A stretch of 55,905 bases of DNA, taken from a virus. Its lineage: Duplodnaviria; Caudoviricetes. Of the stretch, positions 44,087-53,356 are shown piece after piece. Under the pieces are notes generated by a model, which did no database searches, was not told the origin of the DNA, and saw only the letters and a program-made list of their open reading frames with translations. The translations under genes and the position numbers were made by a program. Position 1 is the first letter of the stretch. The number at the start of each line of letters is the position of its first letter. The DNA lies in IMG/VR virus record IMGVR_UViG_3300020187_003844, positions 1 through 55,905 of that record. One strand, given 5' to 3'.

Positions 44087-44884
44087 TTAATTGTAGTATC
44101 CGTTTATGCCTGTATTTTGTGTTGTATCAGGCGCGTCAGCGCCGTATACTTGACTAGGCTTAGCTCCATATAGGTTGTATGCATAAACAAGATTCTTGAC
44201 GCGCTCCTGAGAGTCTAAATAGGCTTCTCGATAGCTTTTTGCGGTTACGTTCTTGTTTGATTTTTGAATCATTGAGTCACCTTCACGAATAACCTGAAAA
44301 TCTGGGCTACCATCGCTGCCATCAATTCCGCGCAATACTCTGCGATGAGCTTTGCGGTTGTATTCACTCAGATACAATTCACGAATGATACTCTGTTCCT
44401 CTAAATTGAAACCGTCTGGACTATAACCACTAAACGAAGTAAAAATTAAATTGTTTAATTCGCCAAGATGACCTTCCAGCCAATTGGCAATCAATCCAAT
44501 TTCTGTTGTGCGTGCGCTTCCTGAGGTGTGAAAGCCAATTTCTTCATCATATATCTTTGTAGCAAGCACGCCAAGTTGTGTGCCGTTGTATTGTCCTGGA
44601 ACAAATGAATCAGCAGCATCACCAATCGAATGAGATCCTATAACCTGAGCACTAACATTCAGATCATAATCGTCATTACTCAAAGGAGATCCAAAATTAA
44701 TATAAAAACCAGAAGTAGATACATTTGATAATATGTATGGTACAATTTCTGATGTTGTATCATTTTGCAAAGACGTTGTGACTAATGGGTCGGTCGCAAA
44801 ATCGCTTGGAAAGTCTACAAAATGACTTGAAGAACCACTGGGTAGTGATTCTACAAACGAAACAATTTCTGGATCTCCTGCCAT
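44087..44884 (-). CDS. Putative head-tail adaptor with N-terminal beta-sandwich module
   Basis: Two genes downstream of the capsid gene; helical C-domain ending in IREGDSMIQ; N-terminus carries the shared NVSTSGF module. Confidence 0.45.
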   Translation of the reverse strand: MAGDPEIVSFVESLPSGSSSHFVDFPSDFATDPLVTTSLQNDTTSEIVPYILSNVSTSGFYINFGSPLSNDDYDLNVSAQVIGSHSIGDAADSFVPGQYNGTQLGVLATKIYDEEIGFHTSGSARTTEIGLIANWLEGHLGELNNLIFTSFSGYSPDGFNLEEQSIIRELYLSEYNRKAHRRVLRGIDGSDGSPDFQVIREGDSMIQKSNKNVTAKSYREAYLDSQERVKNLVYAYNLYGAKPSQVYGADAPDTTQNTGINGYYN

Positions 44885-44885
44885 A

Positions 44886-45308
44886 TCAACCCTTTAAGTA
44901 GTCAATAACTTCTTTGTGTTTTGGGTTGCTGGGGTCAAGCTTCATAGGTTCACCCATGATTTGAACACTTCCCTTGCCATGTAAACTTGCATCAAATGCA
45001 CGTTTGATTTTGTTCTTTAAAACAGTTTTATTGCCAGCTGGAAATACTCCAACCTTCACCGCGAATGCTTGTAAATCTGTAAGATTCATGTCTTGCAGCA
45101 TGTCAGAGAATACGCGCTTGTCATTTGTTTTGAATGGATTGATCTTTGCAATCCCTAAAATATCTTCAAGCTCGCGTGCCTTAGCGACTTGGTCTTCATA
45201 ACTTTTTCCGTTTGTTTGTTGAAGATTCTCAAGTTGTACTTGCTTCTTTTTTGCGGTTGCTTTTTTAGAAGCAGTAGACTTGCTCGATGTTGTTTTTTTG
45301 TTTGCCAT
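44886..45308 (-). CDS. Hypothetical basic protein downstream of capsid
   Basis: 140 aa; own GTGTA motif and an AAGGA in the leader. Confidence 0.65.
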   Translation of the reverse strand: MANKKTTSSKSTASKKATAKKKQVQLENLQQTNGKSYEDQVAKARELEDILGIAKINPFKTNDKRVFSDMLQDMNLTDLQAFAVKVGVFPAGNKTVLKNKIKRAFDASLHGKGSVQIMGEPMKLDPSNPKHKEVIDYLKG

Positions 45309-45336
45309 AATTTATACCTTTTTCCTTGTAGGATTA

Positions 45337-45341
45337 TACAC
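45337..45341 (-). promoter_or_regulatory. GTGTA putative phage promoter element
   Basis: 28 nt upstream of ATG 45308, just after the capsid terminator; leader contains SD-like AAGGA. Confidence 0.55.
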
Positions 45342-45365
45342 TAATATATAGTAAATTGATAAAAT

Positions 45366-45395
45366 AAAAAATCCACCCCAGTTTCCTGAGGTGGA
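45366..45395 (-). terminator. Rho-independent terminator after the major capsid gene
   Basis: Minus-strand RNA UCCACC-U-CAG-GAAA-CUG-G-GGUGGA followed by U6. Confidence 0.85.
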
Positions 45396-45427
45396 CCTTT
45401 TATAAAACGTTAATTTTTAAATTAAAA

Positions 45428-46573
45428 TTAAACGATAAGACCAAGTAATACGCGGTCGTCGATGATCATGCGACCCTCTTCAAGAGAACCATAATAACCA
45501 ATCTTGGATTGACGTGTTACGAATTGGTCGTCGGATACGAGAGAAAACTCATCTCCGGACTCGGAATCGGTAGCTACTGCGCGAATCATAGACTCACGGC
45601 TGAGATCAACACCAACAAGAATTTCTTCGCCAGCTTGGAATGCTTGTGCAGTTCCGCCATTAGCTTGAACAGAATAGTTGTCAGCATAAGTGGTTGTTCC
45701 TGCAGATGTATTGAAGACATTGTTCCATGCTTGACCATCACCCATTTCATTGTACTCTTGAATGGATACGCCGTAGAACTCAGGAATTCCAGCGCTATTG
45801 AAGATAGCGTCACGCATAGTATCTGTTCCTGCGATTCCGTCACCAGCTGTTGGTGCTCCACCAGCTCCACCAATTGTGTTTACTGGGTTGTAAGCCAAAC
45901 CACGAATTTCTTCTACGATTTCAGGAGAAACCAAGATGTCTGTGATTCCACGTCCACGACGATCAGCAGGTGTTCCGCCAGTCCAAGAAGTGTTGATTCT
46001 TTTGGCCTTGGTGAACAACTTGTTAAGATCGGAAAGCAAGAAACGTCCAGCTTGCGCAGAACGCATAACGTGTTTTTCGCTATTTGTTGTAGCATTAGCC
46101 AAAGCAGTCATGATCATGCTGGCAGAAGTTTTTTCTTGTTTAAGAAGAATTTCTTGAGCCATGCGTGTGAATGTCTTGCTAACAACGTCAAGTCTGGAAC
46201 GAGAAGCGTAACGCTTGTCGAAACTCAATGCACTGTCGAGAGTATAAGTTGTGAACTTAAGTTCGCTTTGTGATGGAGCAACTTGGTTGGTAGGAAGTCC
46301 GCCAGGAACTGATTGACTCCATACTTGGATGTAATCTTCGTCAGTAATGTCGTGATAAAGATCCAAAGGAATACTTGGGCTCTCGTCACTGTTGAACTGA
46401 AGACTAGTAAACATGTTGCTTACTGTAGGAGCTGTATTAACAACTTCTGCCAAAACTGGACCGATAAATTCAGCCAAAGCAGTTTGAGCTTCATAGGCAA
46501 CATCGCGATTCTTCGAAGCCATAGCTTTGATAAGCTCGGCTTGCTCGGGTGTCTTTTCTAAAGTAATTTTCAT
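45428..46573 (-). CDS. Major capsid protein (putative HK97 fold)
   Basis: 381 aa after the protease-scaffold and decoration genes, followed by a strong terminator; ITDILVSPE, FYGVSI and a terminal GYYG..EEG...D...L pattern. Confidence 0.75.
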   Translation of the reverse strand: MKITLEKTPEQAELIKAMASKNRDVAYEAQTALAEFIGPVLAEVVNTAPTVSNMFTSLQFNSDESPSIPLDLYHDITDEDYIQVWSQSVPGGLPTNQVAPSQSELKFTTYTLDSALSFDKRYASRSRLDVVSKTFTRMAQEILLKQEKTSASMIMTALANATTNSEKHVMRSAQAGRFLLSDLNKLFTKAKRINTSWTGGTPADRRGRGITDILVSPEIVEEIRGLAYNPVNTIGGAGGAPTAGDGIAGTDTMRDAIFNSAGIPEFYGVSIQEYNEMGDGQAWNNVFNTSAGTTTYADNYSVQANGGTAQAFQAGEEILVGVDLSRESMIRAVATDSESGDEFSLVSDDQFVTRQSKIGYYGSLEEGRMIIDDRVLLGLIV

Positions 46574-46591
46574 TATATTAAATTTCCTTTC

Positions 46592-47203
46592 TTAGAAGCT
46601 GATCTTGCAGAGAAACTTATCTGATCCGCTTTTTGCAATTACAGACCCCAATGTTCCAGCAGCGTCTCCTTCGAGTTTGCCGTCTGTAGCAGAGATTTGT
46701 AAATTATCCCCAATACTAGGAGCAGCTGCAAAAGCCGATACATCAAGAAGAACTAACCCTCTTGTCAAAACAGGAACTGTTTGACCGGGAAGAACTGCTT
46801 GAGCTTCGTCCAATTTTTGTTTGTAATAGAGAAGTTTTTCTCCATTTTCGTCGTAAGCCAAGGTTTCACGCAATGTGATTCCAACAGCCACGTCGCCAAC
46901 GCCAGCAGGTTCAACTGTCATACCGTTATAGGGGTATGCATTGTATCCGATGTGTGCACTTGTTGGACTTGCTCCGAGATACTTTCTAAGCTCATCGCCA
47001 GAAGCATGCTCACTAAGTCCACCAGGCAGATCACCGGGCAGTTCACCTGTTTTTACTTTGACCACAACACCAGAATCATGATCTCCAGATGCAACTTCTG
47101 TCCAACCAGCAAAGCCAGCTGCTTCAGTAGATGTATCTAAAGAGAACAAATTCAAAACGTCATGTTCACTGTAGTCACGGTATGGTAGTATTCTTTTTGC
47201 CAT
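46592..47203 (-). CDS. Capsid decoration/cement protein (putative)
   Basis: Between scaffold and capsid genes; GQTVPVLTRGLV...GD.L....GKL beta-tulip-like pattern. Confidence 0.6.
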   Translation of the reverse strand: MAKRILPYRDYSEHDVLNLFSLDTSTEAAGFAGWTEVASGDHDSGVVVKVKTGELPGDLPGGLSEHASGDELRKYLGASPTSAHIGYNAYPYNGMTVEPAGVGDVAVGITLRETLAYDENGEKLLYYKQKLDEAQAVLPGQTVPVLTRGLVLLDVSAFAAAPSIGDNLQISATDGKLEGDAAGTLGSVIAKSGSDKFLCKISF

Positions 47204-47223
47204 AATTTTTTTCTTTCTATATA

Positions 47224-48843
47224 TTAGTATGAAATTTTAACAGATTCTTTGAAAGTCCTAGAAAGACGATCACGAAGTGAGTCTCCCTCGGAGGAACTTT
47301 CGTTGTTGTTTACTACAGCAGCTTCTTCAACTTCAAGAGAATCAAGAGCTTCAGATACTTCGTCGGAAGTTTCTTCTGTAGCTTCTACCTCTTCTTGAAT
47401 TTCGGATGCTTGTGCAACTTCAACTTCTGTTTTTTCTTCTGTCGCAGCTTCGACTGTTTCGAGACGCTTTGCAACTTCTGCAGCTACGCGATCTTCGAAT
47501 GCCTTTTGCTCGGCAGCGATAAATTCTTTGTTTTTATGTTTCCAAACCTTGGCAAGCTTTTCTTGATAACCAGCGAAACTTTCTTCAGTTTCGTCAAGGT
47601 CAGTAAGTTCAGATGCTACGATCTTGGAATCCTCTTCGTCGAGGTCATAGATTTCGTTCAACAACTCCATGCGGGCATTGAAACGAACTTCAGATTCGCG
47701 AGCAGTATTCTCTTGTTCGAGAGCTGAAAGCTTTTCTTGAGTGGATTGTAGTTGCTGCTCAACTTCGCCCATTTTCTCTTGAAGAGAATTTTGAGCCTGA
47801 ACAGCTTCGTCTTTTTCAGCTTTAGCCTTTTCAAGATCAGCAACGTATTGTTCGCCTTTCTCGCGGATAGCCTCGATAAACACTTTTGAGATGCTTGCGA
47901 CGCTCTCTTCAGAGAAATCTTGGTTGCCAAGCTTTTCGTCTAAAGCTGCTCGGAATTCATTTATGATTGTGTCTTTGTCCATAATAGTATTATTATTGGT
48001 TTCTTTGTTTAGTACATTTTCCTGAGAGGAATGGGAAGTTTTTTTACTTTTTGTTATTAATTTGTCGATTGGTTCATTTCTGCTGGATGCTGCAGTCTTG
48101 GGTTCACCTTGTTGAGTGACCAAACCTTTTACATCTGCCGCAGGGTTGGAAGTGAAACCTATTCCCAATGGATATATCTCACCAACAATCAAGCGATTAA
48201 CTTTTCGACCGTCTTTCAATGTTCCTTTTCCGCCCAAAGATTTTAAATAAGGAGAATATGCTTCAATCTCTTGAGGATCTGAAACAATTGTAGATTCGTG
48301 AAGATCATCTCCACCAACAGAGATTACATAATCATTAAAACCAACTTCCCAACTCGTGGAAACAGTTTGATAATAATCGCTATCTGCATCAGTTGAGTTG
48401 ACCACAAGATCAGCAAACTCTTTACTTGCTGTTTTGTAGACTACTGCGGCAAGTGCGATATTGTAAGCGCCTTCGGTAATTAAAGCTTCATCATCGCTCA
48501 TCAATTCAGATGAATCATCATATCTTGAAAATCCAGCAGATACAATGTGTCCAACAATTCTATCGCGATCATGCTCTATATTGGTTGGCTTGTGAACGAA
48601 GTAATCTTTTATTGCTACAGCTGCTTCGCTGGCAATTCCGTCTCCATTTTTATTAAATTTATTTACTACTGCTGCGTTGAAAGCTACGCCAAGCAGGTCG
48701 ATGTTTCGGTCAAGATCTATATTTTGAGGAATCAAAGGCTTGAGTGAATCAAGGGACGCTTTGCTGATATTTGAATTCTCAATATCACTTGATGCGAAAA
48801 CTACGCTATCAAAAGTTGTTGTGTATTTATATTCTTTAGACAT
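47224..48843 (-). CDS. Prohead protease fused to an acidic coiled-coil scaffold
   Basis: NKNGD, PTNIEH...VGHI, STSWEVGF, GIGFTSNPAA protease-like motifs; E/A-rich helical C-terminal half. Confidence 0.75.
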   Translation of the reverse strand: MSKEYKYTTTFDSVVFASSDIENSNISKASLDSLKPLIPQNIDLDRNIDLLGVAFNAAVVNKFNKNGDGIASEAAVAIKDYFVHKPTNIEHDRDRIVGHIVSAGFSRYDDSSELMSDDEALITEGAYNIALAAVVYKTASKEFADLVVNSTDADSDYYQTVSTSWEVGFNDYVISVGGDDLHESTIVSDPQEIEAYSPYLKSLGGKGTLKDGRKVNRLIVGEIYPLGIGFTSNPAADVKGLVTQQGEPKTAASSRNEPIDKLITKSKKTSHSSQENVLNKETNNNTIMDKDTIINEFRAALDEKLGNQDFSEESVASISKVFIEAIREKGEQYVADLEKAKAEKDEAVQAQNSLQEKMGEVEQQLQSTQEKLSALEQENTARESEVRFNARMELLNEIYDLDEEDSKIVASELTDLDETEESFAGYQEKLAKVWKHKNKEFIAAEQKAFEDRVAAEVAKRLETVEAATEEKTEVEVAQASEIQEEVEATEETSDEVSEALDSLEVEEAAVVNNNESSSEGDSLRDRLSRTFKESVKISY

Positions 48844-48855
48844 TTAAACAAAAGG

Positions 48856-48860
48856 TACAC
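48856..48860 (-). promoter_or_regulatory. GTGTA putative phage promoter element (head operon)
   Basis: 12 nt upstream of ATG 48843, in a 17-bp intergenic gap. Confidence 0.65.
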
Positions 48861-50732
48861 TCACTTTATAAACATGGGAGTAAAGCTATAATCAATATTC
48901 TGTGTTTTTGCGTTCATCATATCATAATACAATTTAACCATCCAGTTGCCAAGTATTAATGCAGAATAACTATCTTTTCTTGCTTTCTCGGGACCTGTTT
49001 GGCGTTTCAAACTTGGTGGCAAGTCGAAATTTTGTGTGCCACTTGCAGAGGTCGTAATTTGAACAAGTGAACATTGTGTCTTGATTAAATTCATCATGTC
49101 AAATTGATGTTCCACAAAGTCGATCATTTTTGCAGCATTTGTTTGACGCTCTAAACTCTGAGATGTTCTCAGAAACTTGATGTCTTGAATGGGTATCTTT
49201 TTGTTGCGTTGTTCATTGTATGCATCGTCAATCGCGCGGCTTGCAAAGAAGATTCGATGATGATCAAAATTTGCTTGCAACAATTCATTTGCTAATCGTA
49301 TCCATTGACTGGTAGGCTTTCGCAGATAACAAATTGTTTTATCTTCTAAATTATATTCTTTCTTTCCTTCTATCAATTTTGTTTGATAGTGTTCCAAATC
49401 ATCAAAGTTTGTGTTTAGGCACTTGATGTTTATTTTGTTTTTCTTGAATAAACTACTTTCATTGCATGCATTGATAAATTGTACGCCTCCATTATAGTCA
49501 CCAACAACAGATACAATATTAAAATGAGTAAGCAAATAATAAAAATAAAAAATGTGTTGTTTTAAATTTGTTCCGCTGAGTGCATAGCTGTGAACAACAG
49601 TTCCTATTTTTTTGTCGTCATTCAATTTGAGAACCATCATTGCAAAGTCATCACTGCTTTCACTTTCTGCCCAACTAGGGTCAAATGCAAGAATATATTT
49701 TGCACCAACCTCACCGCAAACTTCTATATTCGGAGACTCACCCTCCTTGAGTGTACAAGATGCCATTTTGGATGTTTTAAAGTATCCACTACTATCATCA
49801 GTGAATATCGATCCAAACTCTCGATCAAACTGACTCTGACTCATTGTTGACTTCGCCTGACTCAATAGATTTTGATCGTACAACTGTTTTGGTGCGCAAT
49901 CATAACTAAATTGCATTATTACCCTATGAGCTTCGCTTTGTTTTGTGCTACCACTTCGTATCAAACTTTCAAACTGTTCATATGCTTTGTACATATACTC
50001 AAATTTATAACTTGCAGAAGAAAGAGCTATAAGTTTATTGTTTTTCCAGACGTGTCGATCATCTTCACTCATTTTGCCTTGATCAATTAAATCGGTTTCT
50101 AAATTATACAATGATTCTCGTTGTGTTGGATTTTCCACAACACTCAAGAATGGTATGATAACCTCATTATAAATACGCTCGGGCATGAGCGCAAACTCAT
50201 CGATGATGATTCTATGAAAACGAAAACCACGAAGCTTCTCACCGTCACCAAGTGGCAATGCACGAATTCTACTGCTTCCAATTTCTAGCAACCATTCATC
50301 ATTGCTTTTTGATTTGTGTGTGATGCATTGTGAAAGATATGCAGCGCCTGGCTTGCTGGCAATATCTTCTATTTTTTTAAAGATCATTTTTGCCTGACGA
50401 AATGATTTAGAAAGTATACCAATCTCAACCCCTTGATTTAATAACGCATCAAGATATGCATAAATTGCGGTGGTGAATGATTTACTCATACCCCGACTCC
50501 ACACGCCCATAAAGTAATCTGTCTCGAACATAGCCTTGATTGCCATATGCTGAAAGGGAAACAATTGCACGCCGCTCACCAAGTCAGCAGTGAATGTTAT
50601 ATTTTCTCTTAAAAATTCATACAACAATAATTTAGCTTCCTTCTCTTCAATAAAACCTTTAATCTCTCCAAGTTTTTTGTTAAAGTCGTCGTCGCCTCTG
50701 CGCGAAAGTTGATTTCCTGTTTCCCAAGCCAT
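48861..50732 (-). CDS. terL: Terminase large subunit
   Basis: LFPFQ adenine-binding motif, SRGMSKS, SFRQAK, LRGFR..IIIDE, LSSA, REF, LAFDPS..SDD, KDSYSAL. Confidence 0.85.
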   Translation of the reverse strand: MAWETGNQLSRRGDDDFNKKLGEIKGFIEEKEAKLLLYEFLRENITFTADLVSGVQLFPFQHMAIKAMFETDYFMGVWSRGMSKSFTTAIYAYLDALLNQGVEIGILSKSFRQAKMIFKKIEDIASKPGAAYLSQCITHKSKSNDEWLLEIGSSRIRALPLGDGEKLRGFRFHRIIIDEFALMPERIYNEVIIPFLSVVENPTQRESLYNLETDLIDQGKMSEDDRHVWKNNKLIALSSASYKFEYMYKAYEQFESLIRSGSTKQSEAHRVIMQFSYDCAPKQLYDQNLLSQAKSTMSQSQFDREFGSIFTDDSSGYFKTSKMASCTLKEGESPNIEVCGEVGAKYILAFDPSWAESESSDDFAMMVLKLNDDKKIGTVVHSYALSGTNLKQHIFYFYYLLTHFNIVSVVGDYNGGVQFINACNESSLFKKNKINIKCLNTNFDDLEHYQTKLIEGKKEYNLEDKTICYLRKPTSQWIRLANELLQANFDHHRIFFASRAIDDAYNEQRNKKIPIQDIKFLRTSQSLERQTNAAKMIDFVEHQFDMMNLIKTQCSLVQITTSASGTQNFDLPPSLKRQTGPEKARKDSYSALILGNWMVKLYYDMMNAKTQNIDYSFTPMFIK

Positions 50733-51649
50733 TATATTAATTGATTGCTGATGTAATATTGTAAATCAACATTCCATAATTTCTTACCTAACGTTAAAAT
50801 TTTTGGAATTAGTTGTTGGGACTGCTCTCTACTACCTGTAAAAATAAACTGGCAATGACCAGAAAAGTCGTGCGCCAATACCCTCATGTTGTGATAAATA
50901 TACTTCATATTGGATGTGTGTGGCGACCATTTATTACGCTTTTCCATGGTGCTCATATCTGTTTCTGTTACCACAAAAAGATAACTATCAAAATCTTTCG
51001 TGCGTTGTAGTTCTGCGCGAAATCGGTTTAGACTGTTTTTGCTTAGTGTGGATTTAAAATCTGTTTCACTTTTTCGATCAACATATGTATAATCGTAATG
51101 ATTGCTACCCACGGCGTAGTCCCCAAAGTCTAATTTTAATGATTCTGAATTGTCAAACTCAAGGGGTTGCTGTTCACGAGTGTCAATAAATATTTTAACA
51201 TCATCTGGCACAGGATTTTGCCATTCATCTGGCAATCGCGTACTAAACAATGGCTTAACTCCAACCAAATCACAAGCTTTGCTATATGAGCCAAAATGTT
51301 TTTGATATAAATCAACAGTTGGCATGTCACTCGTCTTTAGTTCTACATGCGACGGGCCAAACTTTAACTCCTTACGTTTGATTCTTCGATCAAGCAATTC
51401 AAGAATATATTCTTTTACTTGTGCATCTGGTGTTTTTGCGCACCAATCTAATAATTGTTTTCTGTTGGCAAAATCGCGGTCAAAATATTGTTCTTTATTT
51501 TTAAATGGCAAAGGTTCTCTGGTAAGTAAATTATTTCTAGGATAATACCTAGTATAATATTCCGCAAGAGTAATTTTGTGTGAACGCAAGTGCATGTGCA
51601 ATTTCTTTTCGTTTTCAAATTGTTCGGAACATATTTTACAGGTTATCAT
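50732..51649 (-). CDS. C2H2 zinc finger plus ERCC4 (XPF/Mus81-type) nuclease
   Basis: CKIC...HLRSH; IDTREQ, GDY, DRKSETD; TAATG-coupled to terL. Confidence 0.75.
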   Translation of the reverse strand: MITCKICSEQFENEKKLHMHLRSHKITLAEYYTRYYPRNNLLTREPLPFKNKEQYFDRDFANRKQLLDWCAKTPDAQVKEYILELLDRRIKRKELKFGPSHVELKTSDMPTVDLYQKHFGSYSKACDLVGVKPLFSTRLPDEWQNPVPDDVKIFIDTREQQPLEFDNSESLKLDFGDYAVGSNHYDYTYVDRKSETDFKSTLSKNSLNRFRAELQRTKDFDSYLFVVTETDMSTMEKRNKWSPHTSNMKYIYHNMRVLAHDFSGHCQFIFTGSREQSQQLIPKILTLGKKLWNVDLQYYISNQLI

Positions 51650-52314
51650 AACTCAAATCCGTATATTGTTAACCAACTCTCAGGAAATCTCCGTCTATGT
51701 CCAACAAAACCCTTTCTTTGCAACCACCAAAATACATTCACGAATATTCTTGGAATATTTAATCGAAATCCTCGAGTGTTTGACACATGAGGTGTCTCAG
51801 AATATAATCGTCGGTACAATATACCACAATCAATTTGCTGCATATCACAATCAATTATATGTACATTTCTTACCATTGGACGATCAACATCATCATAATC
51901 TGTCCAATTGCCCAAATCGATACATGCACCATTCCACCAATTTTTAAAAGAACCAATAAATTTACAATTCTTAAATGTTATATTTTTTGCACCACCCTTG
52001 CATGTTATATGTTGTGTTGTATTTGAATTAGCAAAGAATGTACAATTATCAAAGGTTATGTTTTCTCCACGAACAATGTCAACGCAATCTTCACTACCAC
52101 CAAATATCTGACTGTTTTTTACGATCACATTTCTGCAAAAGCTCAACTTCAAGCCCTCAACTGCTCCACCACCATCAATTGTACAAGAATCTATTGTTAA
52201 CGAAAACTCTGGCTGTCCTGGGCGCCAACCAAAGCTTAAAGCTGCGGATTCTTCTTTTTCTGGAGAATCGCAAACAAAATACTTTCCATATAATACTTTT
52301 TCCTTAGATGACAT
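51646..52314 (-). CDS. Right-handed parallel beta-helix protein (pectin-lyase-like)
   Basis: TIDSCTIDGG, NVIVKNSQIFG..EDCVD, NITFDNCTF, NITFKNCKF, NVHIIDC; ATG 52314 or 52332. Confidence 0.7.
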   Translation of the reverse strand: MSSKEKVLYGKYFVCDSPEKEESAALSFGWRPGQPEFSLTIDSCTIDGGGAVEGLKLSFCRNVIVKNSQIFGGSEDCVDIVRGENITFDNCTFFANSNTTQHITCKGGAKNITFKNCKFIGSFKNWWNGACIDLGNWTDYDDVDRPMVRNVHIIDCDMQQIDCGILYRRLYSETPHVSNTRGFRLNIPRIFVNVFWWLQRKGFVGHRRRFPESWLTIYGFEL

Positions 52315-53356
52315 CTTCTTTGGATATGCCAAGCACTCGAGCCTTCCAGTCTGGCATGGACTCTAAATGATCGGCTTCTTCTCGCGCAGCTTGCTTTTGA
52401 AGCTCGGCAATTTTGATCATAACTTCACGCTCCTCTTCTTCTTGAAACAATTGTACGAGCGCAAGAATGTTAGCGTTTTGTTGTTGTTTTGTGTTGATTC
52501 TTTTTGAACGGTCGCCTTGAAGTTTTTGAATGAGTGACTCCATTCTTTTTTCGCATTGATTGTATTCTTCGCTTTTTGTTTTTAATAGTTCGGCCAATCG
52601 AACAGTTAGATCTTGTTGATCCTCTGCCTCATCAAACATTCTATTCAATTTATTGATTGCACCTTGTATGTTTTTTAAATGTATATAATCCATACATACA
52701 TTGATGTATAAATTAATTTCATCACTTGTTAAATCTGGTTTGTCCCAGGTTGCACGCACAAATTCTGCTTCAAATAAATCGCGATCTTCTTGACTGTCAT
52801 AATTATTTATAACTTGTATAAAGCGGGGAGAAGCAAGAAAGCCACCTAACGATTCAATTCCTTTTCTTTCCGCCATACTCAATTTATTTTCGTCAATACG
52901 GGTTTGAGCATAATCATTTATTTTCTTTATGATCTTGCTTGGAGCTTTGGGCGGAGAATATTTCCTAAAGGCCGCGTCTTCAATCGCAGGAGTTGTTAGG
53001 TGTTCATTGCTTTCAACGTATGCATGAATAGCAACGTATTCTTGACCAACCTTTGTTATTCTTGCTTCTGGAAACAATATGCCCGCAACTTGACTGCAAG
53101 TCATACCATCACTAATAGAGTTATCAATAAAATCTTTTTGTTCTTGATTTAAAGATATTGGGTCTTTCGCACCAAAGTGTCGGGTCTCATAATTTATTTC
53201 GTTATCAGCAAGAAACTTTCTAACGGCCCTACCTTGTTTGCTGCGACCATCAATATTTTCTAATTCTGGAAAAACTAATTGAGTCAATTCAGTTAAATCT
53301 GTGATGCTACCAGCATTCTCGCGGATAATATCTTTTTGTTTTTTTGTTAAATCCAT
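52304..53356 (-). CDS. Helical hypothetical protein, candidate terminase small subunit
   Basis: Two HTH-like N-terminal repeats (LTKKQKDII..., LNQEQKDFI...) plus a coiled-coil C-terminus, upstream of terL. Confidence 0.4.
   Translation of the reverse strand: MDLTKKQKDIIRENAGSITDLTELTQLVFPELENIDGRSKQGRAVRKFLADNEINYETRHFGAKDPISLNQEQKDFIDNSISDGMTCSQVAGILFPEARITKVGQEYVAIHAYVESNEHLTTPAIEDAAFRKYSPPKAPSKIIKKINDYAQTRIDENKLSMAERKGIESLGGFLASPRFIQVINNYDSQEDRDLFEAEFVRATWDKPDLTSDEINLYINVCMDYIHLKNIQGAINKLNRMFDEAEDQQDLTVRLAELLKTKSEEYNQCEKRMESLIQKLQGDRSKRINTKQQQNANILALVQLFQEEEEREVMIKIAELQKQAAREEADHLESMPDWKARVLGISKEDVI

Noticed and set aside
45509-46273. 254-aa plus-strand ORF antisense to the major capsid gene
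   Set aside because: Expected by-product of strong codon bias in a highly expressed gene; no motif, promoter or plausible composition.
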